A stretch of 61,379 nt of DNA, filler included, from 5 parts of 5 records of this genome joined end to end with filler, not necessarily neighbours in it; one strand, 5' to 3'; counted from the first letter of the whole stretch, positions 38,051-48,880 are shown. The notes: generated from the letters alone by a model not told the origin. Numbers and translations are program-made.

Positions 38051-40225
38051 TTAATCCTCGAGTTTTCGGTAATACTGCCAAATCAGTTCAAATTGTTTGA
38101 TCGTATCGGGCAGATGTTCCATGTCTAAATTTACAACTTGTTTTTGAATCTTCTCACTCCAATTAGTGAGTTTCTTGGCATTATGTTCTTTTCCTATATT
38201 CAAACAAACCTGTGCAAATTGATTTATCTCGTTTAAAATAAAAGTGTCTTTTACCAACTCCCACTTCGGGTATAAATCATTTTTTAATGTCTCAAGAAAA
38301 ACGGGCAGGTTTATTTTAACGATGTCATCGTCCTGGTTTTGGTCGTCATTACCCAAATCTTCAACTGTTTTATTGTCCTGAACGTCGTGTTCAAGGTATT
38401 TTTGAAGCTCATTAATCATATCCTTTTTCGAAAATGGCTTTTGTAAATAACCGTCGAATTCAGAGTTGTGGATTTTTTCTATCTCTTCTTTTAGAGCCGA
38501 AGCTGTGAATGCAATAATTGGAATGTCATTATAGCTGTTATCTTGTTTTAAGATATTGGTTGCCGTAAATCCATCCATTACCGGCATTTTTATATCCATT
38601 AGAATGAGGTCAGGGATTGATTCTCTTACTGCATTTAATGCTTCTTCTCCATTACGGGCATATCTTACTCTTAAATCGTATTCATCAAGAAAACTTCTGA
38701 CCAACTTCCGGTTTGTGCTAATGTCGTCAACTACCAGAACTTCTGATCCTTTAAATTGAATATTTTGTGTAATGTTGTTGTCTACTGCAATTTCCTCTTC
38801 TTCATGCGATCCCATTTCTATCTGGTTCAATACAACATGAAAGGTACTACCTTTGCCAACTTCACTTTCAACCCATATGGTACCATTCATCATATTAACA
38901 AGACGTTTGGTAATGGTAAGGCCTAAACCTGTGCCCCCATACTTGTTGATGTTCTGGTTTTTTTGCTGTTCGAATGCACCAAAAATAAGTTTTTGTTGAT
39001 CTTTACTGATACCTATACCGCTGTCCTGAACCATAAAATGAAGATTATGTTTCTCTTCATTCTCCTCGGTTACATCTTCGTTAATAAGGAGCTTAACATA
39101 ACCGCTCTCTGTAAACTTTGTGGCATTTCCAACCAGGTTGATTAAAATCTGGCGAAGGCGAATATCGTCAATAATAATCGATTTCGGGACACTGTTATCA
39201 ACTTCAACAATTAATTCAATATGTTTCTCCTCCGTTTTATGTTTGAATATTTGACTTACTTCATTTAGTAGTGATAAAAGATTTACTGAACGATAATTGA
39301 GTTCTGTTTTTCCAGCTTCGATTTTCGAAAGATCAAGAATATCATTTATAATGCTTAATAAAGCAGAACCGCTTGACGAGATGGCTGAAGCATAATGTTT
39401 TATTGTTTCATCTTCAATTTTTCCTTCAAGTATTTCAGCAAATCCCAATATCGCATTCATTGGTGTACGAATTTCATGACTCATGTTTGCCAGGAATTCG
39501 CTTTTTGCTTTGTTTGCCTGTATTGCTTCGTGTTTTGCCTTTTCAATTGCAATGGCTTTATCTTCCAGTTCGCGGTTAAGGGCAACAACTCCTTTATTGG
39601 TTTCTTCCAACTCCTGGTTTATTATTTCAATTTCATCATTTCGCTCCTGCAGCTTTTTTAAAAGAAATACCAGTTCATTGTTTTGCGAGTTAATGGTGTC
39701 GACCATACTGGAATCGCCACGCTCGATTGTTTTTTCAAAGGCATTTTTTATTTCCTCAATTCTTTTTCTTTCAATATTATCTGCGTAGCGGGGTAACCAT
39801 TTGGCAATTGTTATGGTAGTTCCATTAGTGTGGCCTGTTTTTATGTCGAAGTCATCCATTAAACGTTGTGATCCGCTTAGCCCAACTCCCATGCCATTTT
39901 TCGATTGATAGTTACCAGCCTGGATCGCATTAAGGTTTTCAATGCCGTTTCCTTTATCTTTAAAAACAATAACAATTCCGGGGCTTTTTTTATAGCGTTC
40001 GGCGAGAATAAATTCAATAGAACCACTTTGAGCATGTTCTATAATATTCCGACTAAGTTCCGAAACTGCAGTTCCAATTCTTATGCAAGTGGTTTTGTCG
40101 AATTTGGTTTCCATTGCTAAAAGTGAACCCAGGTTTCTGGCCCGAACCACATCCGACTCGAACTGAACCAATATAGAACCTACGCTATGAATCGTAGCGG
40201 ATGATAAGAATGGTAGCGTCATCAT
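38051..40225 (-). CDS. Stressosome-associated hybrid kinase (RsbT-like HATPase-HisKA-HATPase-REC)
   Basis: [29 protein letters not shown]-domain; [12 protein letters not shown] coiled coil; SHEIRTP; REC. Confidence 0.9.
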   Translation of the reverse strand: MMTLPFLSSATIHSVGSILVQFESDVVRARNLGSLLAMETKFDKTTCIRIGTAVSELSRNIIEHAQSGSIEFILAERYKKSPGIVIVFKDKGNGIENLNAIQAGNYQSKNGMGVGLSGSQRLMDDFDIKTGHTNGTTITIAKWLPRYADNIERKRIEEIKNAFEKTIERGDSSMVDTINSQNNELVFLLKKLQERNDEIEIINQELEETNKGVVALNRELEDKAIAIEKAKHEAIQANKAKSEFLANMSHEIRTPMNAILGFAEILEGKIEDETIKHYASAISSSGSALLSIINDILDLSKIEAGKTELNYRSVNLLSLLNEVSQIFKHKTEEKHIELIVEVDNSVPKSIIIDDIRLRQILINLVGNATKFTESGYVKLLINEDVTEENEEKHNLHFMVQDSGIGISKDQQKLIFGAFEQQKNQNINKYGGTGLGLTITKRLVNMMNGTIWVESEVGKGSTFHVVLNQIEMGSHEEEEIAVDNNITQNIQFKGSEVLVVDDISTNRKLVRSFLDEYDLRVRYARNGEEALNAVRESIPDLILMDIKMPVMDGFTATNILKQDNSYNDIPIIAFTASALKEEIEKIHNSEFDGYLQKPFSKKDMINELQKYLEHDVQDNKTVEDLGNDDQNQDDDIVKINLPVFLETLKNDLYPKWELVKDTFILNEINQFAQVCLNIGKEHNAKKLTNWSEKIQKQVVNLDMEHLPDTIKQFELIWQYYRKLED

Positions 40226-41246
40226 TGTTTCTTGCGTAATTGGTTATTAAACTCTCAGCATTACTTTGTGGATGATCTTTCCAGTTGATATCCTCGTGTC
40301 TCCAGCGCGACATTATACCATCGGAAGATAGGCAAATATAGTCTCCCGGATTAAAGCTATATTCAAATACACGAGGTGTCCGCATATTGTGTCCTATTAT
40401 TCCTCCGTACGAAAGCAGGTTCTTCTTTTTGTTTGAGGTCATAATAAATCCTTCGATATTACCTATGCCACTAAAATAAAGTTTGTTTAAGTTTGTATCG
40501 ATTGATACAAGTGCAGCTACCAAACCACGTGTACCTTTTGTGCCAGCATTAACGTGGTTGAGTAAATGATCAACGGGTTGTCCTGCTTTTAATACTATTT
40601 GTTCGCGTGCAAGTTGCGATGCCATGTGTGCTTCTTTACCATGGCCAAGACCATCTATAACCGCCGCAACTGTTTTTGAAGATGATACATGATTTACCAC
40701 GTAACAGTCTCCATTGAGCGACTCGCCTGGTTTACTTCTTGAAACTGCTCCAACACTTATGGAACGGTTAGTACCAATCCATTTTTTAGATGGAACCCAT
40801 TTTAGTGTTCTTATGCAGTTATTGTAGGATTGCAAGCCATTTAAAGCATTTTCATTATTGAAAGGGGTATGTTCCGGGTTGATTTCAAAAATATCGGAAA
40901 AGCGACGTATAGATCCCAATCCAATGCCCAGCGAAACCTTATTTGAGAAACCATCCTTAAGGGCTTTTTCAACATTTGGAATTCCCGGACCTGAATCGCA
41001 ACACCAGACCTCAATTGCTTTTTGTTCTTCTTTATTTTTAACTTCACAAACCAAAATTCTTCCTTTTCTACCACCGTGTTTTAGTACGTTGGTAACCAGT
41101 TCTGTCACCATTATCGCTACTTCTCCGGTTTTTATATCATCAAATCCAAGTTGTTTGGCCAGATTTACCGATTTTCTTCGGCTAACACCAATATCCGATT
41201 CATGTTCAATAAGTAGAGTTAATATCTGATCCCTAATCAATTCCAT
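40185..41246 (-). CDS. rsbX: RsbX-like PP2C/SpoIIE phosphatase with N-terminal HATPase
   Basis: [32 protein letters not shown]. Confidence 0.85.
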   Translation of the reverse strand: MELIRDQILTLLIEHESDIGVSRRKSVNLAKQLGFDDIKTGEVAIMVTELVTNVLKHGGRKGRILVCEVKNKEEQKAIEVWCCDSGPGIPNVEKALKDGFSNKVSLGIGLGSIRRFSDIFEINPEHTPFNNENALNGLQSYNNCIRTLKWVPSKKWIGTNRSISVGAVSRSKPGESLNGDCYVVNHVSSSKTVAAVIDGLGHGKEAHMASQLAREQIVLKAGQPVDHLLNHVNAGTKGTRGLVAALVSIDTNLNKLYFSGIGNIEGFIMTSNKKKNLLSYGGIIGHNMRTPRVFEYSFNPGDYICLSSDGIMSRWRHEDINWKDHPQSNAESLITNYARNNDDATILIIRYDS

Positions 41247-41662
41247 TTCATCACCCTCACTGTCGTTCCTTTTCCTTTTTCCGATTCTATTTCAAAACGA
41301 TCTACCAAACGTTTGGTTCCTGGTAAACCGTATCCCATTCCCATTCCCGAAGTATAACCATCACTCATTGCCAGGTCCAGGTCATCAATTCCAGGTCCCT
41401 GATCAATACAGGTAACAATCAGCGCATTTCTGTTTTCAACAATCCCTTTTTCTATCAGCACGTGGCCACCTCCGGCATAATTATACATATTTCGGAATAG
41501 CTCAGAAACCGCAGTAGTTATTCGTGTTTGCTCCACAATTCCCATTCGCGACTCTTTGGCGTAGTGCCTGATCAACTGCCTGACTTTAACAATGTCATGT
41601 TCTGTTACAATAGGATGTTTGCCGAGTTGTTCCCAATCGTTATTACTAATAATTTGGTTCAT
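41237..41662 (-). CDS. rsbT: RsbT Ser/Thr switch kinase
   Basis: TAVSELFRN..YAGGG, DQGPGI, DGYTS..GMGYGLPG.KRLVD. Confidence 0.92.
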   Translation of the reverse strand: MNQIISNNDWEQLGKHPIVTEHDIVKVRQLIRHYAKESRMGIVEQTRITTAVSELFRNMYNYAGGGHVLIEKGIVENRNALIVTCIDQGPGIDDLDLAMSDGYTSGMGMGYGLPGTKRLVDRFEIESEKGKGTTVRVMKWN

Positions 41663-41669
41663 TCGTTTT

Positions 41670-42059
41670 CTATAAAAACTCTGTATTTGCCAGTCGCTCC
41701 TCCAGCATTTCAATACCCTTTTCCATATTGAGAGCTGTATCTACTCCTGGCATCTCTAATCCTAATTCAACAAGCGTTATTGCTACCGCAGGTTGCATTC
41801 CAACAATTACAACAGCAGCATCCATTATTGCTGCCATAGAAGCCATACCCGATAACATTCGTCCAATAAAAGAGTCAACCATTTCAAGCACCGATATATC
41901 GATAAGAACACCTTTGGCTCCGGTTTTTTCAATCTCGGCTAAAATCTGAGACTGTAACTGAATTGCAAGCTTATCGTGCATATCCACTTGTATGGATACG
42001 ATCAGAAAATCGCGAATTTTTATTATAGGTATCTTTTTTTCGTGTAGATCTAAATTCAT
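41670..42059 (-). CDS. rsbS: RsbS STAS protein
   Basis: IPIIKI..VDSFIGR (phospho-Ser)..GMQPAVAITLVELG. Confidence 0.92.
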   Translation of the reverse strand: MNLDLHEKKIPIIKIRDFLIVSIQVDMHDKLAIQLQSQILAEIEKTGAKGVLIDISVLEMVDSFIGRMLSGMASMAAIMDAAVVIVGMQPAVAITLVELGLEMPGVDTALNMEKGIEMLEERLANTEFL

Positions 42060-42159
42060 NNNNNNNNNNNNNNNNNNNNNNNNNNNNNNNNNNNNNNNNN
42101 NNNTTAATTAATTAANNNNNNNNNNNNNNNNNNNNNNNNNNNNNNNNNNNNNNNNNNNN
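42060..42159. other. Artificial contig spacer
   Basis: N44-TTAATTAATTAA-N44. Confidence 0.99.
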
Positions 42160-42211
42160 TCAAGTGCCCGGCAACAAAGCAGATGCGGTGCACTGTGAAT
42201 GCCTGCACGGA

Positions 42212-43963
42212 TTAGTATTCGATCTTGTAGCTAAACCTCGCACAGGCAATCTCCAGCGTCCTGACAGCGGCAAGCTTTTTTATTGTTTGATCCAACTGAT
42301 CCGAATTGTTTTCATCCAGTTGAAAAAACGGTTCGGTTTCATAATTCACGGGAAACAGATCAAAGGGTTGATCGGATACCAGAGCAATCAATTCATCCTG
42401 TCCAGCAGGCCCGGTTACTTTTAAGGAGAGTTTTGAATCCTTGCGGGGAATGGAGTACTCTATATTTCTTTTCACACGTTGTTCCTGGTCATACTTATTC
42501 GGATAAACCTGAACCAGGTTGCCATCGGAGGTTTTATTCAACAGAACGAGATAGCAGGGTTCGTCCGAATTGAAGTGATAGGAAATTTTCTCGCCAATTC
42601 GGTAGGCCGATTGATTCGACCATAAGGTCAGGTTTTCTGCCTTTTTGTTTCCACCCAAATCCGTAATTCGCTTGAGCAAGCTTGCATGGGAGCGTTCTAT
42701 TTTTTCTTCACCGGCTGAAGAGGTCACCCGGTTCAAGGCCTGATCCTCGACCTCTTCCTTTAGATCAGGGTTCAAAGGCGTTGCTGCCACCTTTTTCACG
42801 ACCGGCTCCGGGCTTCCAAGCTCGCTGCTGACAGAATTCGGTTTTCTCTGCTGGTACAGAAATCGAAAACTGTAAAGCATCAAAAAACTTACAGCCAGCA
42901 GCAGAAAAGTCCAGGCAAGATACCGATTGTAATGAGAAAACCTCGTGTTTTGTTTCTCCGAAGGCTGCGCAAAGATCTTGTGATCGGTCTTTTCCCCCCC
43001 ATCCCGGGCCGATTGCCCCCTTGTTGTATACGCCTGGGATGAGGTTTCCACCTTTGTGATCTCCGCAGAATCGATTGGCATATCCGGTTGTGTGACTTCC
43101 GATGATAAATCCTCGGTATTCTGTTCATTGAGATCACACTGCCCAATATCGGCGAGAAGCGCCTCAACAGTTTGATATCGATCCTGGGGTGATTTCTGGA
43201 GCAGTTTTACGACGATGTCGCCTACCGGTTTGGGGATTGTCGTGATGATTTGATGTGGATTTGGCGGTAACGCATGAACCTGCATGTATAAAAGGTCTTT
43301 CGCAGCCTCATCCTTGTAGGGGTATTGGCCTGTAACCATCTCGTATAAAACGAGTCCGAGAGCGTACAGATCGCTTCTGCTATCGACCGATTGCCCGAGA
43401 GCCTGTTCCGGGCTCATATACTTTGGCGAACCGAGAATCATACAGGAGGCGGTGCGCTCAGGATCGGTCAGGTCCTTGCAGATGCCAAAATCCGTCAATA
43501 CAACCTGCTGTTGGTTGTCTATCAGAATGTTGGAAGGTTTGATATCCCGATGGACAACTTGACGCTTGTGCGCGAAGGCCAGCGCTTCGGCTACGCGTTG
43601 AACGATAGAAAGAGACTCTGCACAGGAGAGACGGCCCTGCACCCTCAATTTTTCACTGAGCGTTCGTCCCTCGACAAAGGGCATAATGATAAAATCGAAG
43701 GTTTCCCTGCTGCCGAAATCATAAATATCGATAATTCCCTTGTGTGCGAGGTTGGCGACGAGTTTTGCCTCTTTGAAAAAGCGTTCTCGCACCTTTTCAT
43801 CACAACTGAATCGTTGATCGATGACTTTTATGGCGACCTGTTTACCGAGCGCCCGATGGGTTCCCTGATAGATCTTCGCCATTCCGCCTTCGGCGAACTT
43901 TTCTCCTATGTCGTATCTGCTGCCGAGAATGGCAACGAGTTGCTGTTTGTAAATATCCGCCAT
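42212..43963 (-). CDS. Membrane Hanks-type Ser/Thr kinase with C-terminal DUF4384-like domain
   Basis: EGGMA, VAIK, HRDIKPSN, DFG, YMSPE; TM YLAWTFLLLAVSFLMLYSF; YRIGE..CYLVLLN..DG..VYPN..GPAGQD. Confidence 0.9.
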   Translation of the reverse strand: MADIYKQQLVAILGSRYDIGEKFAEGGMAKIYQGTHRALGKQVAIKVIDQRFSCDEKVRERFFKEAKLVANLAHKGIIDIYDFGSRETFDFIIMPFVEGRTLSEKLRVQGRLSCAESLSIVQRVAEALAFAHKRQVVHRDIKPSNILIDNQQQVVLTDFGICKDLTDPERTASCMILGSPKYMSPEQALGQSVDSRSDLYALGLVLYEMVTGQYPYKDEAAKDLLYMQVHALPPNPHQIITTIPKPVGDIVVKLLQKSPQDRYQTVEALLADIGQCDLNEQNTEDLSSEVTQPDMPIDSAEITKVETSSQAYTTRGQSARDGGEKTDHKIFAQPSEKQNTRFSHYNRYLAWTFLLLAVSFLMLYSFRFLYQQRKPNSVSSELGSPEPVVKKVAATPLNPDLKEEVEDQALNRVTSSAGEEKIERSHASLLKRITDLGGNKKAENLTLWSNQSAYRIGEKISYHFNSDEPCYLVLLNKTSDGNLVQVYPNKYDQEQRVKRNIEYSIPRKDSKLSLKVTGPAGQDELIALVSDQPFDLFPVNYETEPFFQLDENNSDQLDQTIKKLAAVRTLEIACARFSYKIEY

Positions 43964-44118
43964 AAAACGGCCTATACCGGTAAGAGACGCAAACATAGAC
44001 TGGAAGTGCGAATCTCAATTTGAACCGGACGGTTCTCATTTTTTAAATCGTCGAACGAACTGAGAATGTAAAATCTCAATGAAATTGTATCGCCAACATT
44101 TGAAACGCCCAGTTTGGT

Positions 44119-45336
44119 TCAATATCTGTAAATCGATCCCAGGGTAATGCCATAAATCTCTACATCCTCAAGTTCAAACGTACCGCGACCACCAAGCGTT
44201 ATCTCGAACGTATCCGTCGGATAATAGGAAAAGGTCAATCCGAGAACCGTCTGAGTATCACGATCGGAGTCAATATCGTCGCTGATGAAATGCGTTCTTA
44301 TGGTTTCAAGGTTCACCGCGGCGGCATCGTCGAGGAAAGGGACTCCGATATTGAAACCATAGGAGAAGGCACCAACGGGATCCAAGCCGTTTACCCAGTC
44401 AACCGCAAGTTTTACAAACTCATCATCATCGTCAATTACACTTTCCCATACGGATGCTTCTGAAATTTTATAGTCCGCCCCGAGACTGAGCCCTACGGAC
44501 GACCAGTATTTGTTGATCGAAGTATACAAACCGGCGCCATACTTGAGGGTGCCCATATCCGAAAGAGCATCGGATTGGGCGAGAAAAGCCGATCCGAAAA
44601 GATCTCCACCGATGGTCCAGGAAAGATCCAGCTCATCCCAAGTCATGACCGGCTTTTTAGCGAACAGGAAAAGTCCGGTATAATGCGAATTCGTGTTAAT
44701 TTCATCCGACATGTCCGTGAATCGATAAGGAAGCAGAAAGCCAATGTTTACGCCGTTGCTATAGTCATGTGAATAGCCTAATAAAAAAGAGAGAGCATCC
44801 CCTTTGTCTCCATTGATTTCCAAAGAGAGGTATTCCACGGATGCTTTGAATTCATTAGCCAGATCAGCTGCTTCGGCCTGCCTTTTTTGCGGGCTCACCT
44901 TTTCAAAAACAACATCACTGAAGGCAGCTTGGTTCATAACGATATCGTCTGAAACACCGACGGAAAAACTGGGGCTTCCGCCGAAAATCGTCGCCCAGAT
45001 GATATCTGCGTTATCGACGGCCCACTGCTGCAAATCTTCACGGGTTCTCACGGCTTCAGATGTTTCAAGAACAAGATTTCCATCTCGATCATAGAGCTTG
45101 ACGGACTGTGCCAAAACCTCCTGTTCACCGAATTGTCCGTTGTTATTCGCATCACTCCATTGACCTGTAAACCGCGCGTTATAAACCTTGCTGTCAACAC
45201 CAAGAACCCCCGGCGTGCTCGTTGGTTGCATCCCCCATTTTATACCGTCCCATAAATCGGCGGCGTCGCTTGTCATTGCCAAGATCATCGTAACAAGAAT
45301 TGAGACCAGAAAAGCACACCGATTCGTTTGTTTCAT
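44119..45336 (-). CDS. Putative outer-membrane beta-barrel protein with ~130-aa N-terminal extension
   Basis: Signal peptide; alternating amphipathic strands; C-terminal beta-signal GITLGSIYRY. Confidence 0.7.
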   Translation of the reverse strand: MKQTNRCAFLVSILVTMILAMTSDAADLWDGIKWGMQPTSTPGVLGVDSKVYNARFTGQWSDANNNGQFGEQEVLAQSVKLYDRDGNLVLETSEAVRTREDLQQWAVDNADIIWATIFGGSPSFSVGVSDDIVMNQAAFSDVVFEKVSPQKRQAEAADLANEFKASVEYLSLEINGDKGDALSFLLGYSHDYSNGVNIGFLLPYRFTDMSDEINTNSHYTGLFLFAKKPVMTWDELDLSWTIGGDLFGSAFLAQSDALSDMGTLKYGAGLYTSINKYWSSVGLSLGADYKISEASVWESVIDDDDEFVKLAVDWVNGLDPVGAFSYGFNIGVPFLDDAAAVNLETIRTHFISDDIDSDRDTQTVLGLTFSYYPTDTFEITLGGRGTFELEDVEIYGITLGSIYRY

Positions 45337-45357
45337 TTCTGCTCCTGTATGTCGATT

Positions 45358-46005
45358 TTAGGATTGCAGGCGCGTCACCAGATCGTAAACAGCCCTGTCG
45401 ATGGCCAAGCGACTGGCTTCACCGTATGTCTTGGCCACAGCCCTTGAAGTACCAATGGACTCTTTTTCTCCCGTTTCCACATTGGTACAGACAATCTGAA
45501 CACCCACGGCAATATTAAACCCCTGGTGGCCATCGAGCCCGAAAACCCGTTCGCCACCTTCCGCATAGTCGTAAATCTCTCCGTAGATCACTTTTTCCGC
45601 GCCCAGGATTTTGCCATAGGAAACGGCTTGTGAATTGGAAAAAAAGCCCGTCGAACTCAACCACTGCCGATCAAGGATGTTTTCTGTTATTTCAGGCTTT
45701 TCTTCTACGAATCGGAAGCGGTTGGTTTCAAAAAGGGATTCCAACACCAAATTATGTACCCCTAAACCGACCTCTTTTTCAAGGAGCTTTGGATATCGCG
45801 TTGCCGCTCTTTCGGACAACCCCAAGGGCAAGATGGCGACAATGATTTTGGGCCCTGTGTAGGCTGGAAGTGCCCTGGGTTCAAGGGGCGCGGTGTTTTG
45901 CAGTTGTGTCGTTTCAGACACGGATGTCGAGGCGCAAGAAACGACCAAGGCGGCCAATGCCAGGATTGTGGAATTTAAAATTTTTCTTTTCATTGGAGAG
46001 CTCAT
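45358..46005 (-). CDS. CsgG/HfaB-like lipoprotein
   Basis: Lipobox LVVSC; YTGPK..VAI; LFETNRFRFVE; GKILGAEKVIYGEI; VETGE. Confidence 0.8.
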   Translation of the reverse strand: MSSPMKRKILNSTILALAALVVSCASTSVSETTQLQNTAPLEPRALPAYTGPKIIVAILPLGLSERAATRYPKLLEKEVGLGVHNLVLESLFETNRFRFVEEKPEITENILDRQWLSSTGFFSNSQAVSYGKILGAEKVIYGEIYDYAEGGERVFGLDGHQGFNIAVGVQIVCTNVETGEKESIGTSRAVAKTYGEASRLAIDRAVYDLVTRLQS

Positions 46006-46625
46006 TTGTTTGGGTAGATTTGGTTGATGGCATCCCTTACAGCAGCTCTTGCCACAGTGCCCAATCCGGTTTGATCGAACTGGATTTTTTCTTCTCTGAT
46101 TTGAACCAGCACCCCTTTTGAAATCGTCTTCCCCTCTCCTATCCCCACAGCGGATCGATCCTCCCCATTTTTATTCCTGACAATGATCTCAATTTCCAGG
46201 GATGTGGTTACCTTTGCAAAAGAAAAAAAACCTGCAATTGCCCGCTTTCTTTTTTTATCATAGCGTCTGATGATTCCATAGGCAACGGCATCCCATTGCA
46301 TGGGGGGAGCCATCGGCATTGGGTCCGGAGTCGGACGAATTGTGGTCGAGTGACGGTTTGCCCTGTTCATCTCCTTGAGCGTTTTCAGAATCTCAGGGTT
46401 TGATTCCATGGGAAGGTACCGGCCGGTTTTAAAAAACTCCTCGGCGATCAGGTTCGTTATCCCCAAAGCGACGAGATGTTCATCCCATTCGTCGGAACCG
46501 CTGTGGTTTTCTACGCCAAAAACGATCAGCCTCTCAGGCTCCCCAAAGGCCGAAACGGGCATTAAGGGCAACACCATCCATCCGGTAAAGGCAAAGATGA
46601 GGATGCGTGTTGTCATACCGCCCAT
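46002..46625 (-). CDS. Exported CsgG/TolB-N-like protein
   Basis: Signal peptide; ALGITNLIAEEFFKTGRY..E; AVAYGII; AVRDAINQI; start is 46625 or 46616. Confidence 0.65.
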   Translation of the reverse strand: MGGMTTRILIFAFTGWMVLPLMPVSAFGEPERLIVFGVENHSGSDEWDEHLVALGITNLIAEEFFKTGRYLPMESNPEILKTLKEMNRANRHSTTIRPTPDPMPMAPPMQWDAVAYGIIRRYDKKRKRAIAGFFSFAKVTTSLEIEIIVRNKNGEDRSAVGIGEGKTISKGVLVQIREEKIQFDQTGLGTVARAAVRDAINQIYPNK

Positions 46626-46680
46626 CCTAAACGCCCTGAATGGATGAAATTTCGTCGAAAGAAAGAGGCAACCATTTGGT

Positions 46681-48510
46681 TTATTCCATGAGGACAAGGG
46701 GAAGATCCGTTCCCGCTGACCTGAAAAATGGATGTTGACGTCCCTGTGTCAGACGGGGGACCTGTTTTGCTACGAATTGAAACAGCTCGTTCAAGGAGAC
46801 GTAACCGTCGTCATTGTAATTCGCCTTTCCCATCATCCCTTCAATCAATGCATAGGTGAAAACGCCATGGCCCGGATCCCGGTCATGCAGTTTGAATCGT
46901 TTGTCTTCCACGGAGACTTCACCGCTTTTTGCGGCTGAGAGTATATACACCCCTGTTGATTCCTTGAGAACGGCAGCAAGGTTTTCGCCTTCCGTCTTAG
47001 AGCGGACATTCACATCCAAAGATCCGGCATGACAGGTATCCATGGCGATCACCAGCTTGTTAACATTTTGTGACAATATCTTCACCGACTCTTCGAAATC
47101 GGACATGCGGAGGCCTTTGGAGAGCAGGTTGCTGGTATCGACATCATAGGGAAGGAAATAGTAGGATCCGGTCTGGGCATGCCTGACGCCGTGTCCGGCC
47201 ATAAAAATCAACACAACATCCTCCGGTGCGGCTTGTCCCAAATGCCGGCTGATATTCTCAAGGATGCTGGATCTCGTCACCTCGTCGTTCACCAGCGTCT
47301 TGAAACGCACTTCCGAATAAAGCCGACTGTTTTTCTTTGTGAAGAAATCGGACAAACTTCTTGCGTCTTCGTCCGCATAGGACAGATCCGCCATCATGCT
47401 GCCGTAGGTGGAAACACCGATGGACAGGCCCCATAAAACCGGTTTCGAAGTGGATTCCAAAGATCTACTGTTTTCATAAAAAGCCCCCCTTTCCCCATGG
47501 TTCTTTGGTGGAAGGATTTGGAACTCTTTCCTTGTTTTATTTCCCGGCTTGTCCATGGACTCGATCACAATTTTTTTAATTTCATCATTGACGGCAACAT
47601 CGCTGGAAAAATAGCCCCTGGTGTCAACGCCGGTTTTTATTCCGTTAAGACTTACGTACATGATGGGGCTTTCATCTCGAACGAAGCCTGCAACATTGAT
47701 GGTCGGGGAGGGCTCTTCCATAACAACGGCAAATCCACGTGTGACCGGGGGCTGGATCAAGACAATTTCCGGGGGCTTTTTATCTTTCGGTACCGCCTTT
47801 GTGATCCTCTTTTTCGATTGCTTGGTTTTCATACCTGTTTTAGGAACCGGTTGGATAAACTGCTGTTTATACCCGGGCAGTCCTGTCCGGGCTTTTTCAA
47901 GTTCCTCTGCCGACAATCTCGATGTGACCAGCGATGCCACGTCTTTGGCCATCTTGTCCATTGCGCTGTGCTGGGCGTATGCATCCGCTCTGGCCGTGCT
48001 CATGTACTCTTTAGAGTGAATATCAACTGTTTCACCGCTGCCCGTTTTAACCACCCTGTAGGAGATGGTGAGGACCGTGGAACTCATGGTGACGCCCAGA
48101 TACTTCTCTTTGGTGGTGCTGCCGACCAGGATCCCGTTGAAGAAAATGGATGCGTCATTCAGCGCGGCCATTTTTCTGAGCATGGACGTTTTTCCGCTTC
48201 TACCCGCCTGGATTTCCGCGGCAAAAAGCCATTTGGACGGCGCCACCTCATTTGCGGCCACAACAGTGAAACCTGCTTGATGAAGATACTGTGACAACAA
48301 CTCTTCTGCCAACTCAACATTGATTGGCAAACCATCCGTATCTTTCTCGTCTGCGTCTCTCTTCTCTTTGGTTTGGGGATCCGAGGAGGTATTGTCCGAA
48401 ATTTTCTTTTCGAAATTAACCAGGACGGTTGAGGCAGTTGCCGAAGTTGTCAGCACCGTTGCCGTGATGGCAATCATTGCCAGTAGGGTCGATAGATATC
48501 GTGTTTTCAT
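46681..48510 (-). CDS. Exported caspase-family (C14) protease with CsgG/TolB-N-like and Ig-like domains
   Basis: AGGAG RBS, signal peptide; IGVSTY, L.YADEDA, catalytic AGHG and DTCHAG, HGVFT, Q.P. Confidence 0.9.
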   Translation of the reverse strand: MKTRYLSTLLAMIAITATVLTTSATASTVLVNFEKKISDNTSSDPQTKEKRDADEKDTDGLPINVELAEELLSQYLHQAGFTVVAANEVAPSKWLFAAEIQAGRSGKTSMLRKMAALNDASIFFNGILVGSTTKEKYLGVTMSSTVLTISYRVVKTGSGETVDIHSKEYMSTARADAYAQHSAMDKMAKDVASLVTSRLSAEELEKARTGLPGYKQQFIQPVPKTGMKTKQSKKRITKAVPKDKKPPEIVLIQPPVTRGFAVVMEEPSPTINVAGFVRDESPIMYVSLNGIKTGVDTRGYFSSDVAVNDEIKKIVIESMDKPGNKTRKEFQILPPKNHGERGAFYENSRSLESTSKPVLWGLSIGVSTYGSMMADLSYADEDARSLSDFFTKKNSRLYSEVRFKTLVNDEVTRSSILENISRHLGQAAPEDVVLIFMAGHGVRHAQTGSYYFLPYDVDTSNLLSKGLRMSDFEESVKILSQNVNKLVIAMDTCHAGSLDVNVRSKTEGENLAAVLKESTGVYILSAAKSGEVSVEDKRFKLHDRDPGHGVFTYALIEGMMGKANYNDDGYVSLNELFQFVAKQVPRLTQGRQHPFFRSAGTDLPLVLME

Positions 48511-48661
48511 TTTTTGCTCCTGCAACGATCTGAAGAAAGATAAGATGGTCAGGGGACGAATGAGCCACGGTCCTTATCCAAGTAAAGGATCAACGAAAGC
48601 CTTTTGTTGTCTGGACGACTTCCATTTTACCGTATGTGAACCATGATTGTAAAAAACACGT

Positions 48662-48677
48662 TGCAGGTACCATACCA
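48662..48677 (-). promoter_or_regulatory. Candidate sigma54 promoter for the caspase cluster
   Basis: Minus strand TGGTATGGTACCTGCA (GG-N10-GC), about 150 nt upstream of the ATG. Confidence 0.45.
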
Positions 48678-48880
48678 TAGTTGGTTGCCATTCACCACGG
48701 AATTGGACCGATACCGACGCGCTGTTTTTTTCTTTTGACGCCTCCTTAGAAAACTATAATTCCTCATAATAACGAGTTGTTAAAACTTATAAACAGAAAA
48801 ACTGAGGAATGATTAATGTCGACATACGCCCAATCATTATATTTTCAACAATCCACTTCGACCTCTCAGATGAGATGGCT

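Noticed and set aside
45358-46625. Curli secretion operon
   Set aside because: No CsgA/B repeat proteins or CsgE/F on this contig; similarity is at fold level only
43391-48294. Plus-strand ORFs (210 aa, 265 aa and others) opposite the caspase cluster
   Set aside because: Antisense shadows with no motifs
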